From: an uncultured Myxococcales bacterium
Lineage (GTDB): Bacteria > Myxococcota > UBA727 > VGSZ01
Direction: 5' to 3'
DNA length: 24,940 bases
Assembly (NCBI GenBank): GCA_964580865.1
Contig: CAZONM010000029.1
Location: 1-24,940, forward strand
The notes under the pieces were generated by a model that saw nothing but the letters and a program-made list of their open reading frames with translations, did not search any database and was not told where the DNA came from. A program made the translations under genes and the position numbers. Below, piece after piece: positions 8,235 to 17,933 of the stretch (positions are counted from its first letter, which is position 1; every line of letters begins with the position of its first letter).

Positions 8235-8954
8235 TTAGGTCCGCGAGCGGGATACCGCCTTGGGGTCGAGGCCCTCGCGCACCAAGAGCCCCTTGCCGCG
8301 CTGCTCGATGAAGCCGCGGCGCTGGAACTCGGAGAGGGCGCGGCTGACGGTCTCGCGGCTGGTGCCGATGCGGCTGGCGATGTGCTGTTGCGTAGGGATC
8401 TTCTTGATGAGGTGGCCCTCGGGCACCACGTCACCCTCTTCCTCGCAGCGCTCGAGGAGGAAGCGCGCCACGCGGCCGTACACGTCGAGCAGCGCCAGGT
8501 TGCCGATGCTCTCGTCGGCGCGGCGCAGCCGCACGCACACCTCGGTCATGACGTTGATGGCGATGGTGGGGTAGCTGCGTAGGGCCTGCAGAAACTCCTT
8601 GCGACCGAGCCGCAGGAGCAGCGAATCGGTGAGGCACGCGACGTTGGCCGAGCGCGGCTCGCCGTCCACCAGGCTCATCTCGCCGAAGAAGCTGCCGGGC
8701 CCGAGCGTGGAGAGGATGATCTCGCGGCCGTTGTCGGACCACAGCGAGACCTTCACCTCGCCCTCGGCGACGATGTAGAGCGAGTCGCCGGGGTCGGTGG
8801 CCGACACCACCACGGTGTCGCGCGGGTAGTGCTTCTCGGTGATCAGCAAGCTCAGACGAGCCAGGTCGTCGTCGGGCATGCCGGCGAACAGGGGGACCTC
8901 TTTGAGGAGATCCACAATCTGGCGCGCGCGCGCATTCGACGACGTCGACGTCAT
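8235..8954 (-). CDS. Crp/Fnr-family transcriptional regulator (N-terminal cNMP-binding domain, C-terminal HTH)
   Basis: [18 protein letters not shown] ... [14 protein letters not shown] ... [24 protein letters not shown] (cNMP-binding beta-roll) and ...[23 protein letters not shown] (Crp-type HTH). Confidence 0.85.
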   Translation of the reverse strand: MTSTSSNARARQIVDLLKEVPLFAGMPDDDLARLSLLITEKHYPRDTVVVSATDPGDSLYIVAEGEVKVSLWSDNGREIILSTLGPGSFFGEMSLVDGEPRSANVACLTDSLLLRLGRKEFLQALRSYPTIAINVMTEVCVRLRRADESIGNLALLDVYGRVARFLLERCEEEGDVVPEGHLIKKIPTQQHIASRIGTSRETVSRALSEFQRRGFIEQRGKGLLVREGLDPKAVSRSRT

Positions 8955-9008
8955 CCGTCACCCCGGAAGCAAGTTGGCTGGCACGCTACCCGCGCGGCAA
9001 TCCCCGGG

Positions 9009-9344
9009 TCAAGCGGACCGCCGCTTTGCCAGGGCGTCCTGCACGAGGCGCTCGAGCACGGCCTGCGCCGCCTCGTCGAAGCCCACCAGCTCGATGGCGT
9101 GACCGCCCTCGGCGCTGCGCACCACCCGGCCCTCGCCCTGCAGGAAGTGCTGACCGTCGCGCGTGGTGAGCTGCACGTACACGCGCGTGCCGACGGGGCG
9201 CTGCTCGACGGTGGTGATGAACAGCCCCGAGCGCGACACGTTGAGCGTGTAGTCGGTGCGGAACTCCTCCAGCGCGCCGAAGCGGTACTGGACGAGCAAC
9301 GGGAGGTCGACGCGCGGGTGGCGCCGGCGGTTGTCCTCGCTCAC
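9009..9344 (-). CDS. PilZ-domain protein (predicted c-di-GMP receptor), 111 aa
   Basis: N-terminal RRHPRV (RxxxR) followed by NVSRSGLFI ([D/N]xSxxG): the two PilZ c-di-GMP-binding motifs at the correct spacing. Size typical of single-domain PilZ proteins. Confidence 0.7.
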   Translation of the reverse strand: MSEDNRRRHPRVDLPLLVQYRFGALEEFRTDYTLNVSRSGLFITTVEQRPVGTRVYVQLTTRDGQHFLQGEGRVVRSAEGGHAIELVGFDEAAQAVLERLVQDALAKRRSA

Positions 9345-9423
9345 GGGCCCACTCTACGGCTTGCGGCAGTGGCGCGCGATCCTATCGACCTCTCGGTCGA
9401 CCAGGAAGCCGCGCGCAGCGCCA

Positions 9424-9873
9424 TCAGCGAGGCCCCACGGGCGGGCCCGCGCGCAGCAGCTCCGAGCGGGCGTCCACCACGCGCGGGCGGAGCTCGGTGC
9501 CGTCCTCGAGGATCTGCACCGCCGCGCCGTACGCCGCCTCCAGGTAGGGCAGGCGCGTGGCCAGCGTGCCCCACACCCGTGCGGGCACGCCCAAGCGGTG
9601 CGCGCGACGCAAGGCCTCGTAGCCCGCGCGGTCGACCTCCACGAACACGCCGTAGGCCTGCGCGCGCGGGTGGCCGAGGGGCACGCGCAGCACGGCGCGC
9701 ACGAAGCCGCGGGTGGTGCGCACGGCGCCGGCCAGCTCGTCGAGCATGACGCTCTCGGCGCCGGCGCGCACGCGCGCTTGCCGCTCCTGCTCCGACAGCG
9801 ACAGCACCGGCTCGGGCCAGCGCGCGGCGAGCGCGTGCGTCTCATCGTCGACGACGATGGGCAGTCCGCTCAT
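9424..9873 (-). CDS. Hypothetical protein (149 aa), first gene of the hypothetical-PilZ-Crp-GE-protein gene string
   Basis: Second ATG of ORF 9424..9903, preceded by ggaggaagggg (GGAGG 6 nt upstream): MSGLPIVVDDETHALAARWPEPVLSLSEQERQ... Balanced composition and high GC3. The competing ORF 9354..9845 is Arg/Cys junk. Confidence 0.5.
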   Translation of the reverse strand: MSGLPIVVDDETHALAARWPEPVLSLSEQERQARVRAGAESVMLDELAGAVRTTRGFVRAVLRVPLGHPRAQAYGVFVEVDRAGYEALRRAHRLGVPARVWGTLATRLPYLEAAYGAAVQILEDGTELRPRVVDARSELLRAGPPVGPR

Positions 9874-9920
9874 CCCCTTCCTCCGGCCCGAACCAGGCGC
9901 CATGCGCTACGCTCGTCGTG

Positions 9921-10787
9921 ATGAAGTTTACCCCGAAGCTGCCGCACACCGTGCCCCAGTCGCTGCGGCTGACCAAGCCGGATCCCGGCCCCCTGGTCAA
10001 GGCGCGCACCCACGAGCGCAAGGCCGAGGAGCTGCGCACCGACCGCAAGGAGGCCGACGAGGCGCTGGACCGGGCCGAGCGCGAGAAGCGCAAGAAGGGC
10101 GCCCCGCCGCCCGAGGACGAGGGGCCCCGGCCGCACCTGGAGCTCCTCGAGCGCTGGAAGGCGCTGGAGCACACGGTCACGCCCATCGAGGCGCGCGCGC
10201 GCCACGAGTGGAAGAACCGCTTCTCGAGCGAGCCGCGCGAGTTCGAGGTGATCGGGCACCTGATCGCGTCGTTGCCGCGGCCGCGCCTCGACGCCCTGTG
10301 CAAGGACCCACGCATCGCTCAGCTCAACGTCGTGCTCGGCCATCGTGATCTCGCCAAGGTGATCGGTGACAACGAGCTCCTGCAGGATCTCGGCATCGAC
10401 TTCGCGACCTTCCTCTCCGCGAAGCGCGATCTCAAGTTTCAGCTCGGGATCCAGACCTACAAGAGTGCGCAGGCGCTGGCCGTGTACTTGACCATCGTGC
10501 GCGCGGCGGCGGATCCCAAGGTGCGCAAGACCAAGAACTTCGTCACCGATCGCGAGGTCCTCGACGTCGCGGGCGCGATCCTGCGCGACATCACCACGCA
10601 CATCATCGAGGAGATGCAGGCGGCCCACGACTCGTTCTTCGCCGTGGGCGACCGCAAGCAGGTGGGCGAGCAGTTCCGCATCGACCGCGCCAAGAAGAGC
10701 GGGCGCCCCGTGCCGCCCGCGGGCGCCCCCAAGGGCAGGCCGCTGCCCGACACCGCCAAGCCGAAGCCGGGCGCGCTCAAGGGGTGA
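9921..10787 (+). CDS. Hypothetical cytoplasmic protein (288 aa), charged N-terminal region then conserved-looking globular part
   Basis: ORF 9918..10787, ATG at 9921. Coherent composition (e.g. NVVLGHRDLAKVIGDNELLQDLGIDFATFLSAKRDLKFQLGIQTYKSAQALAVYLTIV). Divergent from the minus-strand Crp/PilZ operon. No family recognised. Confidence 0.5.
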   Translation: MKFTPKLPHTVPQSLRLTKPDPGPLVKARTHERKAEELRTDRKEADEALDRAEREKRKKGAPPPEDEGPRPHLELLERWKALEHTVTPIEARARHEWKNRFSSEPREFEVIGHLIASLPRPRLDALCKDPRIAQLNVVLGHRDLAKVIGDNELLQDLGIDFATFLSAKRDLKFQLGIQTYKSAQALAVYLTIVRAAADPKVRKTKNFVTDREVLDVAGAILRDITTHIIEEMQAAHDSFFAVGDRKQVGEQFRIDRAKKSGRPVPPAGAPKGRPLPDTAKPKPGALKG

Positions 10788-10820
10788 AGGGCGGAGCGCA
10801 GCGGTCGAGAGAGCGCGTCG

Positions 10821-11288
<468 letters not shown>

Positions 11289-11331
11289 GCTCCGGTTGTC
11301 GCACGCCGCGCTCAGGCGCGCAAAGAAGCCG

Positions 11332-12387
11332 TCACCAGCGCTCGGCGCTCGCGGCCACGCCCGCGATCACGGCGTCGAGCCCCAGCACCGCGCGCGTCAG
11401 GCGCTCGACGTCGAGCGTGGGCGGCAGGTCGGTGGGCTCGTGGTAGTGCGGGTTCCGAAACGGCGCCGTGTCGGTGACCATGACCGCGCGGTACCCCTGG
11501 CGCCAGAAGGCCGCGTGATCCGACCAGCCGATGCCCTCGATGGAGCCGGGCACGCTGGCGCCCTCCGACGGCACCGTGGCCCGCGCGCGGAACAGCCGCA
11601 CCGCCTCGTGCACCAGGCGCTGCGACGACAGGTCGCCCACGAACCCCACGAAGCTCCCCGTGGACGGGTACACGAGCGAGAACGGGAACGGGTACTGCTG
11701 CGAGCCGGGCGCGTCACTGAAGAAGCCGAGCGTCTCCAGCGAGAACATCGCGACCACGTCGTCGCCGCGGGCGCGACACTCGCGTGCGTACACCGCGCTG
11801 CCCATGTGCGGGCCCTCGAACCACGGCGGCTCCTCGTTGGCGAAGAACACGAAGCGCACCGTGCGCTCCGGCGCGCGCGCCGCGAAGGCGCGCGCCAGCG
11901 CGAGCCCCGCCGCGACGCCCGAGGCGTTGTCGTCGGCCCCCGGCGTCCCCTCGGCGGAGTCGTAGTGGGCGCCGACGACCACGATCTCGCCGGCGCGCTT
12001 GGTCCCGCGGCGCTCGACGATCAGGTTCTCCACGGGGTGCCCGACGGCGGGCTCGCGCGAACGCGCGGCGTAGCGCGCCGCGAAGCGCTGCGCCTCGTAG
12101 CGCTGCTTCTCCACCGTGTAGCCCATGCCGCGCAGCTGCAGCTCGATGAAGCTCGCCGCCGCCGCCAACCCCTCGGGCCGGCGCGCAACGTTGCGCTCAC
12201 CGATGTCGACGGCCAGACGCTGCACGTCGGCCGAGAGCTGCTCGGCCATCGCGCGGCCGCCCTCGTCGAGCGGCGGCGGCGCGCCGCGGAAGCTCTCGCC
12301 CGGCATCGCCACCATGCCGTGCACGCACGCGCCGAGCGCCAACGCGCACGCGGCGCCGCCCGCGGCCACGGCCAGGCGACGCTTCAC
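11332..12387 (-). CDS. M28-family zinc aminopeptidase, lipoprotein
   Basis: C-terminal 351 codons of ORF 11332..13470. GTG start at 12387 overlaps the trxB stop (GTGA). Signal/lipobox VKRRLAVAAGGAACALALGAC. M28 metal-ligand motifs HYDSAEGTPGADDNASGVA, FFANEE, GWSDHAAF. Confidence 0.8.
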   Translation of the reverse strand: MKRRLAVAAGGAACALALGACVHGMVAMPGESFRGAPPPLDEGGRAMAEQLSADVQRLAVDIGERNVARRPEGLAAAASFIELQLRGMGYTVEKQRYEAQRFAARYAARSREPAVGHPVENLIVERRGTKRAGEIVVVGAHYDSAEGTPGADDNASGVAAGLALARAFAARAPERTVRFVFFANEEPPWFEGPHMGSAVYARECRARGDDVVAMFSLETLGFFSDAPGSQQYPFPFSLVYPSTGSFVGFVGDLSSQRLVHEAVRLFRARATVPSEGASVPGSIEGIGWSDHAAFWRQGYRAVMVTDTAPFRNPHYHEPTDLPPTLDVERLTRAVLGLDAVIAGVAASAERW

Positions 12388-13361
12388 GCGGCGTGCTCGC
12401 CCAGCCACCGCTCCGCGTCGATCGCGGCCATGCAGCCCGAGCCCGCCGCCGTGATCGCCTGGCGGTAGTGGCTGTCTTGCACGTCGCCACACGCGAACAC
12501 GCCGTCGACGCTGGTGCGCGAGCTCTTGCCCTGCGTGACCAGGTAGCCCTTCTCGTCCATCTGCAGCGCGCCCTTGAACAGCGACGTGTTGGGCGCGTGA
12601 CCGATGGCCATGAACAGCCCGCCGGCCTTGAGCGACGTGACGCTGCCGTCCTTCGTGCTCTTGAGCTTGACGCCGATGAGCCAGTCCTTCTCGAACGGAC
12701 CCACCTTCTTCTTCTCGGTGAGGATCTCGCAGACCTCGGCGTTGAGCGCGAGCGCGATCTTGGGGTTGGCCTTGACCCGGTCGACCATGATCTTCGAGGC
12801 CCGGAACTCGTCGCGCCGGTGCACCAAGGTCACCTTGGTGGCGAAGCGCGTGAGGAACAGCGCCTCCTCGATGGCCGAGTCGCCGCCGCCCACGACGACG
12901 AGCTCCTCGCCCTTGTAGAAGGCGCCGTCGCAGGTGGCGCACGCCGACACCCCGGCGCCCTGGTTCATCAGGTCCTTCTCCTGCGGCAGCCCGAGCAGCT
13001 TGGCGTTGGCGCCGGTGGCGATGATGAGGGCGCGCGCGCGATACACCGCGCCGCTCTCGGAGGTGAGCTCGAACGGTCGCCTGGTGAAGTCGATCTTCTC
13101 GACGTTCTCCGCGTAGATGGTGGCGCCGAAGCGCTCCGCCTGCTTCTTGCAGCGCTCCATCAGCTCGGGGCCCTTCACGCCCTCGGGGAAGCCGGGGAAG
13201 TTCTCCACTTCGCTCGTCCACATCAGCTGGCCGCCGGGGATGTTCGGCGACGCGCCCTCGAACACCACGGGCGCGAGGTTCGCGCGCGCAGCGTAAACGG
13301 CAGCCGTCCAGCCCGCCGGGCCGGAGCCGATAATGATGACGTTGTGCACGGGGTCGGCCAT
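12384..13361 (-). CDS. trxB: Thioredoxin-disulfide reductase
   Basis: IIIGSGPAGWTAAVYAAR (FAD binding), redox-active ACATCDG, and VVGGGDSAIEEALFLT (NADPH binding). Collinear with TrxB over the full length. Confidence 0.92.
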   Translation of the reverse strand: MADPVHNVIIIGSGPAGWTAAVYAARANLAPVVFEGASPNIPGGQLMWTSEVENFPGFPEGVKGPELMERCKKQAERFGATIYAENVEKIDFTRRPFELTSESGAVYRARALIIATGANAKLLGLPQEKDLMNQGAGVSACATCDGAFYKGEELVVVGGGDSAIEEALFLTRFATKVTLVHRRDEFRASKIMVDRVKANPKIALALNAEVCEILTEKKKVGPFEKDWLIGVKLKSTKDGSVTSLKAGGLFMAIGHAPNTSLFKGALQMDEKGYLVTQGKSSRTSVDGVFACGDVQDSHYRQAITAAGSGCMAAIDAERWLGEHAA

Positions 13362-13473
13362 GTCGCGTACTCCTTGAGGAGGCGACGTACCCTTTTCCCG
13401 GCGCCTTGACCATGCCGACCTTGCGCGATCTCGCGCCGGTGGCGATGCAACGCGCGCGCGGCGCGCGCATCTC

Positions 13474-14613
13474 TCACTTCGACGGGTTGTCTTTGCTCTT
13501 CTGCGACGCGATGGCCTGATCGATGTTCGCGATCAGGTCGGCGGCGCGGGCGTCGCCGCCCTGCTGCGCCTTGATGGCCGAGGCGCGCGCGCCCGACAGC
13601 TCGCCGAGGTTGAGCTGCGCCACCGCGATGCCAAAGAGCGCCGCTGCGTAGTTGTTGTCGAGGTCGATGGCGTGCTGGAACGCGACCTTCGCCATGGCGT
13701 GGTTGCCCAGGCGACCCTCGCAGCGGCCAAGCTCGGTCCACGCGAAGGGGTTGCTGCCGTCGATCTTGGTGGCGGAGCGCAGGTGCTCCACGGCGTCCTT
13801 GAGCACGTTGTTGGCGCGCGTGGGATCGGTGCTGGCGAGGGTCGCGGCGGCCCGGCTCTGCGCGTGCCCCAGCGCCAGCTGCGCCACGCCGTTCTTCGGA
13901 TCGCGCAAGACGGCCTTGTTGTAGATGGCCAGCGCCTTAGCGGCGTCCTTGGAGATGGGCCGCCCGCCCGCGTCGGTGCCGGCGGGGAACATCGGGTCGT
14001 AGCTCTTGGCCTCTTCGATGAGCTGGCGCACCGCGATCTCGTCGGCGCTGTCCCCACCGGCCACGCGCTGCGCCAGGTGGAAGGTCATCTTCGAGAGCAG
14101 GCGCGCGGCCAGCTCGTCGTAGCCGCCGAGCACGTCGTTGAACGGCTTGACCACGCGCTCGGCCGCGAGCAGTTGGCGCGTCTCTACCTCGAGCAGGCGC
14201 CCGTTGAGCGCCACCTGCTCGCCCGCCACCTGCACGCTGCCGATGACGACGTAGCGCGCGTCGACCATCTGGCCGATCGCGAGGTAGCTGTCTTCCTCGA
14301 ACAGGCCCGATTGGTTGCGCGCGATGGCGTTGATGGCCTTGTCGAGCTGGCTCTCCTCGACGATGCGCAGGGCCTTGTCGTTGACGATCTTGTTGACGAT
14401 GGCCTCGGCGGCACCCTCGCCGAGGTGCTGGTGCTTGTCTTCCTTGTTGAGCACCTTGAACGGGAAGATGGCGACGACCGGCGCCTTCTTGTTGCGCTCG
14501 CGGTTGGGGTTGGCCGCGGCGGCCGGCGCCACCAACGAGAGCGCGAGCACACAGGGGAGCGACGCGAGCACGATGCGAGCGCAGGAAGTCATGGTGGTCC
14601 TCACGCCCGACAT
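13474..14613 (-). CDS. Secreted protein: N-terminal TolB-N/LpoB/CsgG-like domain + C-terminal TPR repeats
   Basis: Signal peptide MSGVRTTMTSCARIVLASLPCVLALSLVAPAAAA. VAIFPFKVLN...VVIGSVQVAGEQVALNGRLLEVETRQLL resembles the alpha/beta N-domain of TolB/LpoB-type periplasmic proteins. TPR-like helices from about residue 200 (ALAIYNKAVLRDPKNGVAQLALGHA..., AKVAFQHAIDLDNNYAAALFGIAVAQL). Alternative start ATG 14592. Confidence 0.7.
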   Translation of the reverse strand: MSGVRTTMTSCARIVLASLPCVLALSLVAPAAAANPNRERNKKAPVVAIFPFKVLNKEDKHQHLGEGAAEAIVNKIVNDKALRIVEESQLDKAINAIARNQSGLFEEDSYLAIGQMVDARYVVIGSVQVAGEQVALNGRLLEVETRQLLAAERVVKPFNDVLGGYDELAARLLSKMTFHLAQRVAGGDSADEIAVRQLIEEAKSYDPMFPAGTDAGGRPISKDAAKALAIYNKAVLRDPKNGVAQLALGHAQSRAAATLASTDPTRANNVLKDAVEHLRSATKIDGSNPFAWTELGRCEGRLGNHAMAKVAFQHAIDLDNNYAAALFGIAVAQLNLGELSGARASAIKAQQGGDARAADLIANIDQAIASQKSKDNPSK

Positions 14614-14643
14614 CCTACCACCGGCCGGGCCGCGCGCACGGGG

Positions 14644-16749
14644 TCACAACAGCGCCTTGCGCTCGAGCGCCCGCACCCGGTCGCGCAGCTCGGCCGCGCG
14701 CTCGAACTCCATGGCTTGGGCGGCCGCGCGCATCTCGGCGCGCAGGGTCTCGATGAGCGCCGGGATCTCGGCCGCGTCCACCGCGTCGGCGCCGCCGCGC
14801 CGACGTCTGCCGGGCTTGCCGCCGGGGCCGCCCGCGGCCGCTGCGTCGAGGTCGAGGTAGTCGTGGTCGGCGTAGGCCAGCGACGGGTCGGCTCGGATGG
14901 CCTTCTCGATGGTGCGTGGCGTGATGCCGTGTGCGCGGTTGTAGTCTTCCTGCGCGGCGCGGCGACGCTTGGTCTCGTCGACGGCGGCCTTGATGGAGTC
15001 GGTGACGACGTCGGCGTACAGGATCACGTGGCCGTGCGCATTTCTCGCCGCGCGTCCGATGGTCTGGATGAGCCCGGTGGTGGCGCGCAGGAAGCCCTCC
15101 TTGTCGGCGTCGAGGATGGCCACCAGCGACACCTCGGGCAGGTCGAGGCCCTCGCGCAGCAGGTTGATGCCTACCAGCACGTGGAAGTCGCCGCGGCGCA
15201 GCGCGCTCAACAGCTCGATGCGCTCCAGCGTGTCGATGTCGGAGTGCAGGTAGCGCGCCTTGACGCCCACCTCTTGCAGGTACTCGGTGAGGTCCTCGGC
15301 CATGCGCTTGGTGAGCACGGTGACGAGCACGCGCTCGCCGGCGCCCGTGGTCTTCTTGACCTCGGCGATGAGGTCGTCGACCTGGGTGGCCACCGGGCGC
15401 AGCTCCACCATCGGATCGAGCAGCCCCGTGGGGCGGATGAGCTGCTCCACGATGACGCCGTGGGCCTTCTCGATCTCGTACTCGGCGGGCGTGGCCGACA
15501 CGTAGATGGCCTGCGGCACGTGGGCCTCGAACTCGTCGATCTTGAGCGGCCGGTTGTCGAGCGCCGACGGCAACCGGAAGCCGTAGCGCACCAACGTCTC
15601 CTTGCGGCTGCGATCGCCGAAATACATGCCGCGCACCTGAGGCATGGTCTGGTGGCTCTCGTCGATGACGAACAGGGCGTCCTTCGGGAAGTAGTCGAGC
15701 AGCGTGGGCGGCGCCTCACCCGTGGCGCGGCCCGTGAGGTGCCGCGAGTAGTTCTCGATGCCCTTGCACTGACCCGTGGCCTCGAGCATCTCGAGGTCGA
15801 ACATGGTGCGCTGCTCGAGCCGCTGCGCCTCGAGCAGCAGGTTCTGGCCGCGCAGCTCCTGCAGGCGCACCAGGAGCTCGGCGCGAATGGCGTCGAGCGT
15901 GCGCTTCATGCGCTCCTTGTTCATGGCGTAGTGCGACGCGGGCCAGATGGTGACGAAGGGCAGGTCCGCCACCACCCTGCCGCGCAGCGGGTCGACCACC
16001 TGGATGCGCTCGACCTCGTCGCCGAAGAACGAAATGCGCAGCGCCTCCTCCTCCTCGTGCGCCGGGAACACCTCGACCACGTCGCCCTTGGCGCGAAAGG
16101 TGCCGCGCGCGAAGCTGACGTCGTTGCGCTCGAACTGGCTCTCGACGAGCTGCCGCAAGAACGAGTCGCGCCCGAGCGGCCGGCCCACCTCCACGTAGGC
16201 CGTCATCTCCTTGTAGCTCTCGCGCGAGCCGATGCCGTAGATGCACGACACCGACGCCACGATGACGACGTCGTTCCGCTCGAGCAGCGCGCGCGTGGCC
16301 GAGTGGCGCATGCGATCGATGGTGTCGTTGATGAGGCTGTCTTTCTCGATGTACGTGTCGGTCGACGGGACGTAGGCCTCGGGCTGGTAGTAGTCGTAGT
16401 AGCTGACGAAGTACTCGACGGCGTTGTTGGGGAAGACGGCCTTGAGCTCTTGGTAGAGCTGCGCCGCCAGCGTCTTGTTGTGCGCCAGCACCAGCGTGGG
16501 CTTGTTCACGCGCGCGATGACGTTGGCCACCGTGAAGGTCTTGCCCGAGCCGGTGACGCCGAGGAGCACCTGGTGGCCGAGGCCGCGCTCGAGGCCGTCG
16601 ACGAGGTGTTCGATGGCCTGCGGCTGATCGCCTTGGGGCGAGAAGTCGCTGACCAGCTCGAAGCGCGCGGGCGCCTTGCGCGTGCCGTCGCGGCGCCCCT
16701 GCTCGGCCTGGGCGCCCGCGAGGTCGGTGGTGGACTCCGCCGGCTTCAC
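14644..16749 (-). CDS. uvrB: Excinuclease ABC subunit B
   Basis: [24 protein letters not shown]...[27 protein letters not shown], helicase motifs, and the C-terminal UVR domain (RDRVRALE). Collinear with E. coli UvrB. GTG start at 16749 gives a 28-aa N-terminal extension relative to E. coli, so the start is uncertain. Confidence 0.9.
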   Translation of the reverse strand: MKPAESTTDLAGAQAEQGRRDGTRKAPARFELVSDFSPQGDQPQAIEHLVDGLERGLGHQVLLGVTGSGKTFTVANVIARVNKPTLVLAHNKTLAAQLYQELKAVFPNNAVEYFVSYYDYYQPEAYVPSTDTYIEKDSLINDTIDRMRHSATRALLERNDVVIVASVSCIYGIGSRESYKEMTAYVEVGRPLGRDSFLRQLVESQFERNDVSFARGTFRAKGDVVEVFPAHEEEEALRISFFGDEVERIQVVDPLRGRVVADLPFVTIWPASHYAMNKERMKRTLDAIRAELLVRLQELRGQNLLLEAQRLEQRTMFDLEMLEATGQCKGIENYSRHLTGRATGEAPPTLLDYFPKDALFVIDESHQTMPQVRGMYFGDRSRKETLVRYGFRLPSALDNRPLKIDEFEAHVPQAIYVSATPAEYEIEKAHGVIVEQLIRPTGLLDPMVELRPVATQVDDLIAEVKKTTGAGERVLVTVLTKRMAEDLTEYLQEVGVKARYLHSDIDTLERIELLSALRRGDFHVLVGINLLREGLDLPEVSLVAILDADKEGFLRATTGLIQTIGRAARNAHGHVILYADVVTDSIKAAVDETKRRRAAQEDYNRAHGITPRTIEKAIRADPSLAYADHDYLDLDAAAAGGPGGKPGRRRRGGADAVDAAEIPALIETLRAEMRAAAQAMEFERAAELRDRVRALERKALL

Positions 16750-16780
16750 GGCTCCCCCTGCGCTGCCGCCACCGAGGTGG

Positions 16781-17305
16781 TCAGGCCGTCGGCACCTTGA
16801 AGGGGTGCGCCTTGGGCCGGTCGCATGCCTTGTCGGTGCACACCTGGGCCTCGACCTTGCCCTCGACGTCGCCGGTGCCGCCCTTGACCATGGCGCCGAG
16901 CTCCACGTTGCCCTCCAGGATCACCGACGTGCCGAGCGCGCCTAGGTCCTTCTTCTGGCCCGCGGGCACGCTGACCGCGCCCTCGAGCTTCCAGCCGCCC
17001 TTGCTCTCGTCGACGGTGAGGGCCACCGGCTTGCCGATCTCCTCGCCGGGCGCATAGGCGTGGTAGCCGGGCTTGAGCTTGAGCACCACCGTGAGCTTGC
17101 CCGTGGCCTTGTCGAACGCCGGCGCTAGCTCGAGGGCGTTGGCGAAGTCGGGCGGCGCCTCGGGCATGGCGCTCGGCTTGATCACCGTGCCGTCGTCCTT
17201 CACGGGCTTGCCCTCGCCGAACCCGCCCTGGGGCTCGGACGGGCAGGCGCACAGCAGGCCGAGGCCAACGGTGGCGGCGACGACGGCGGGACGGATCAGC
17301 GTCAT
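16781..17305 (-). CDS. DsbD N-terminal-domain-like (thiol:disulfide interchange alpha-domain) lipoprotein, 174 aa
   Basis: Last 174 codons of ORF 16781..17941 from ATG 17305: [21 protein letters not shown], then ...[11 protein letters not shown]....GKPVALTV....GWKLEG....[14 protein letters not shown]...[15 protein letters not shown]. This pattern (GYH.Y, GW, Cys-X4-Cys before Pro) resembles the nDsbD/ScsB immunoglobulin-like domain. The overlapping 389-aa ORF 16746..17915 is Gly/Arg junk. Confidence 0.5.
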   Translation of the reverse strand: MTLIRPAVVAATVGLGLLCACPSEPQGGFGEGKPVKDDGTVIKPSAMPEAPPDFANALELAPAFDKATGKLTVVLKLKPGYHAYAPGEEIGKPVALTVDESKGGWKLEGAVSVPAGQKKDLGALGTSVILEGNVELGAMVKGGTGDVEGKVEAQVCTDKACDRPKAHPFKVPTA

Positions 17306-17492
17306 GGGCGGAACCTCGATGCAGTGGATAGCGTCTTTCACGGGGGCGCGCAGAATGCCATAGCCGCACAGCGCACGACCCGCCCGAGCACCGCCCGTGA
17401 CCATCGACACCGACGACCACGCCCCCGACGACGACGCCGATCTGGCGCCGCGGCCCCGGCCCGGCCACCGCAGCAAACCGGGCGGTCTGGAC

Positions 17493-17864
17493 ATGACGCA
17501 GAAGGCTGCGGTGGTGGCGGCGCTCTTTCGCGCCGGCATCGGCCTGGTGGGGCTCGCCATCACGCTCTTGTGGATCCCCGTGCCGCGCGTGGGCGCCGGG
17601 GGGCACAGCGTCCCCATCGTCCCCGTGCTCGCGGCCGTGTCGATCCTCATGATGGTGACCGGCTGCACGTCGCTGTCGAAGGTGACGCGCGCGGTGTACC
17701 CCAAGCTCGCCCGCATGGTCGCGCTGGCGTTTGCGGCGGCGGCGCTGGCCGTGGTCGCGGTGACCGCCACCCTGGGCGCCGGCGCGTTCGGCCCCGCCCG
17801 CAACCCGCAACCCGCCCCCCCGGGCCCGGCCACCATCACCTTCGAGCCCCCCCCCGGCCGCTGA
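17493..17864 (+). CDS. Small integral membrane protein (about 3 TM helices), upstream of the Ser/Thr kinase
   Basis: From ATG 17493: MTQKAAVVAALFRAGIGLVGLAITLLWIPV..., PIVPVLAAVSILMMVTGC..., MVALAFAAAALAVVAVTATLGAGAF, then a Pro-rich tail. A GTG start at 17397 is possible. Hydrophobic periodicity supports coding. Confidence 0.4.
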   Translation: MTQKAAVVAALFRAGIGLVGLAITLLWIPVPRVGAGGHSVPIVPVLAAVSILMMVTGCTSLSKVTRAVYPKLARMVALAFAAAALAVVAVTATLGAGAFGPARNPQPAPPGPATITFEPPPGR

Positions 17865-17933
17865 CACCCGGCGCCCGTGTAGGAGTGTGCCACCACGGCA
17901 CGAAGCGCCGCGCATTGGCTAAGCTGGGGCTCC

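Noticed and set aside
8231-8434. N-terminal 68-aa extension of the GE-repeat ORF ([13 protein letters not shown]...)
   Set aside because: Ser/Ala/Pro-rich junk antisense to the Crp gene 3' end. The signal peptide begins at the GTG at 8230.
16746-17915. 389-aa Gly/Arg/His-rich minus ORF overlapping the DsbD-N-like gene in another frame
   Set aside because: Composition typical of a frame artefact. The other frame gives a lipoprotein with a recognisable domain.
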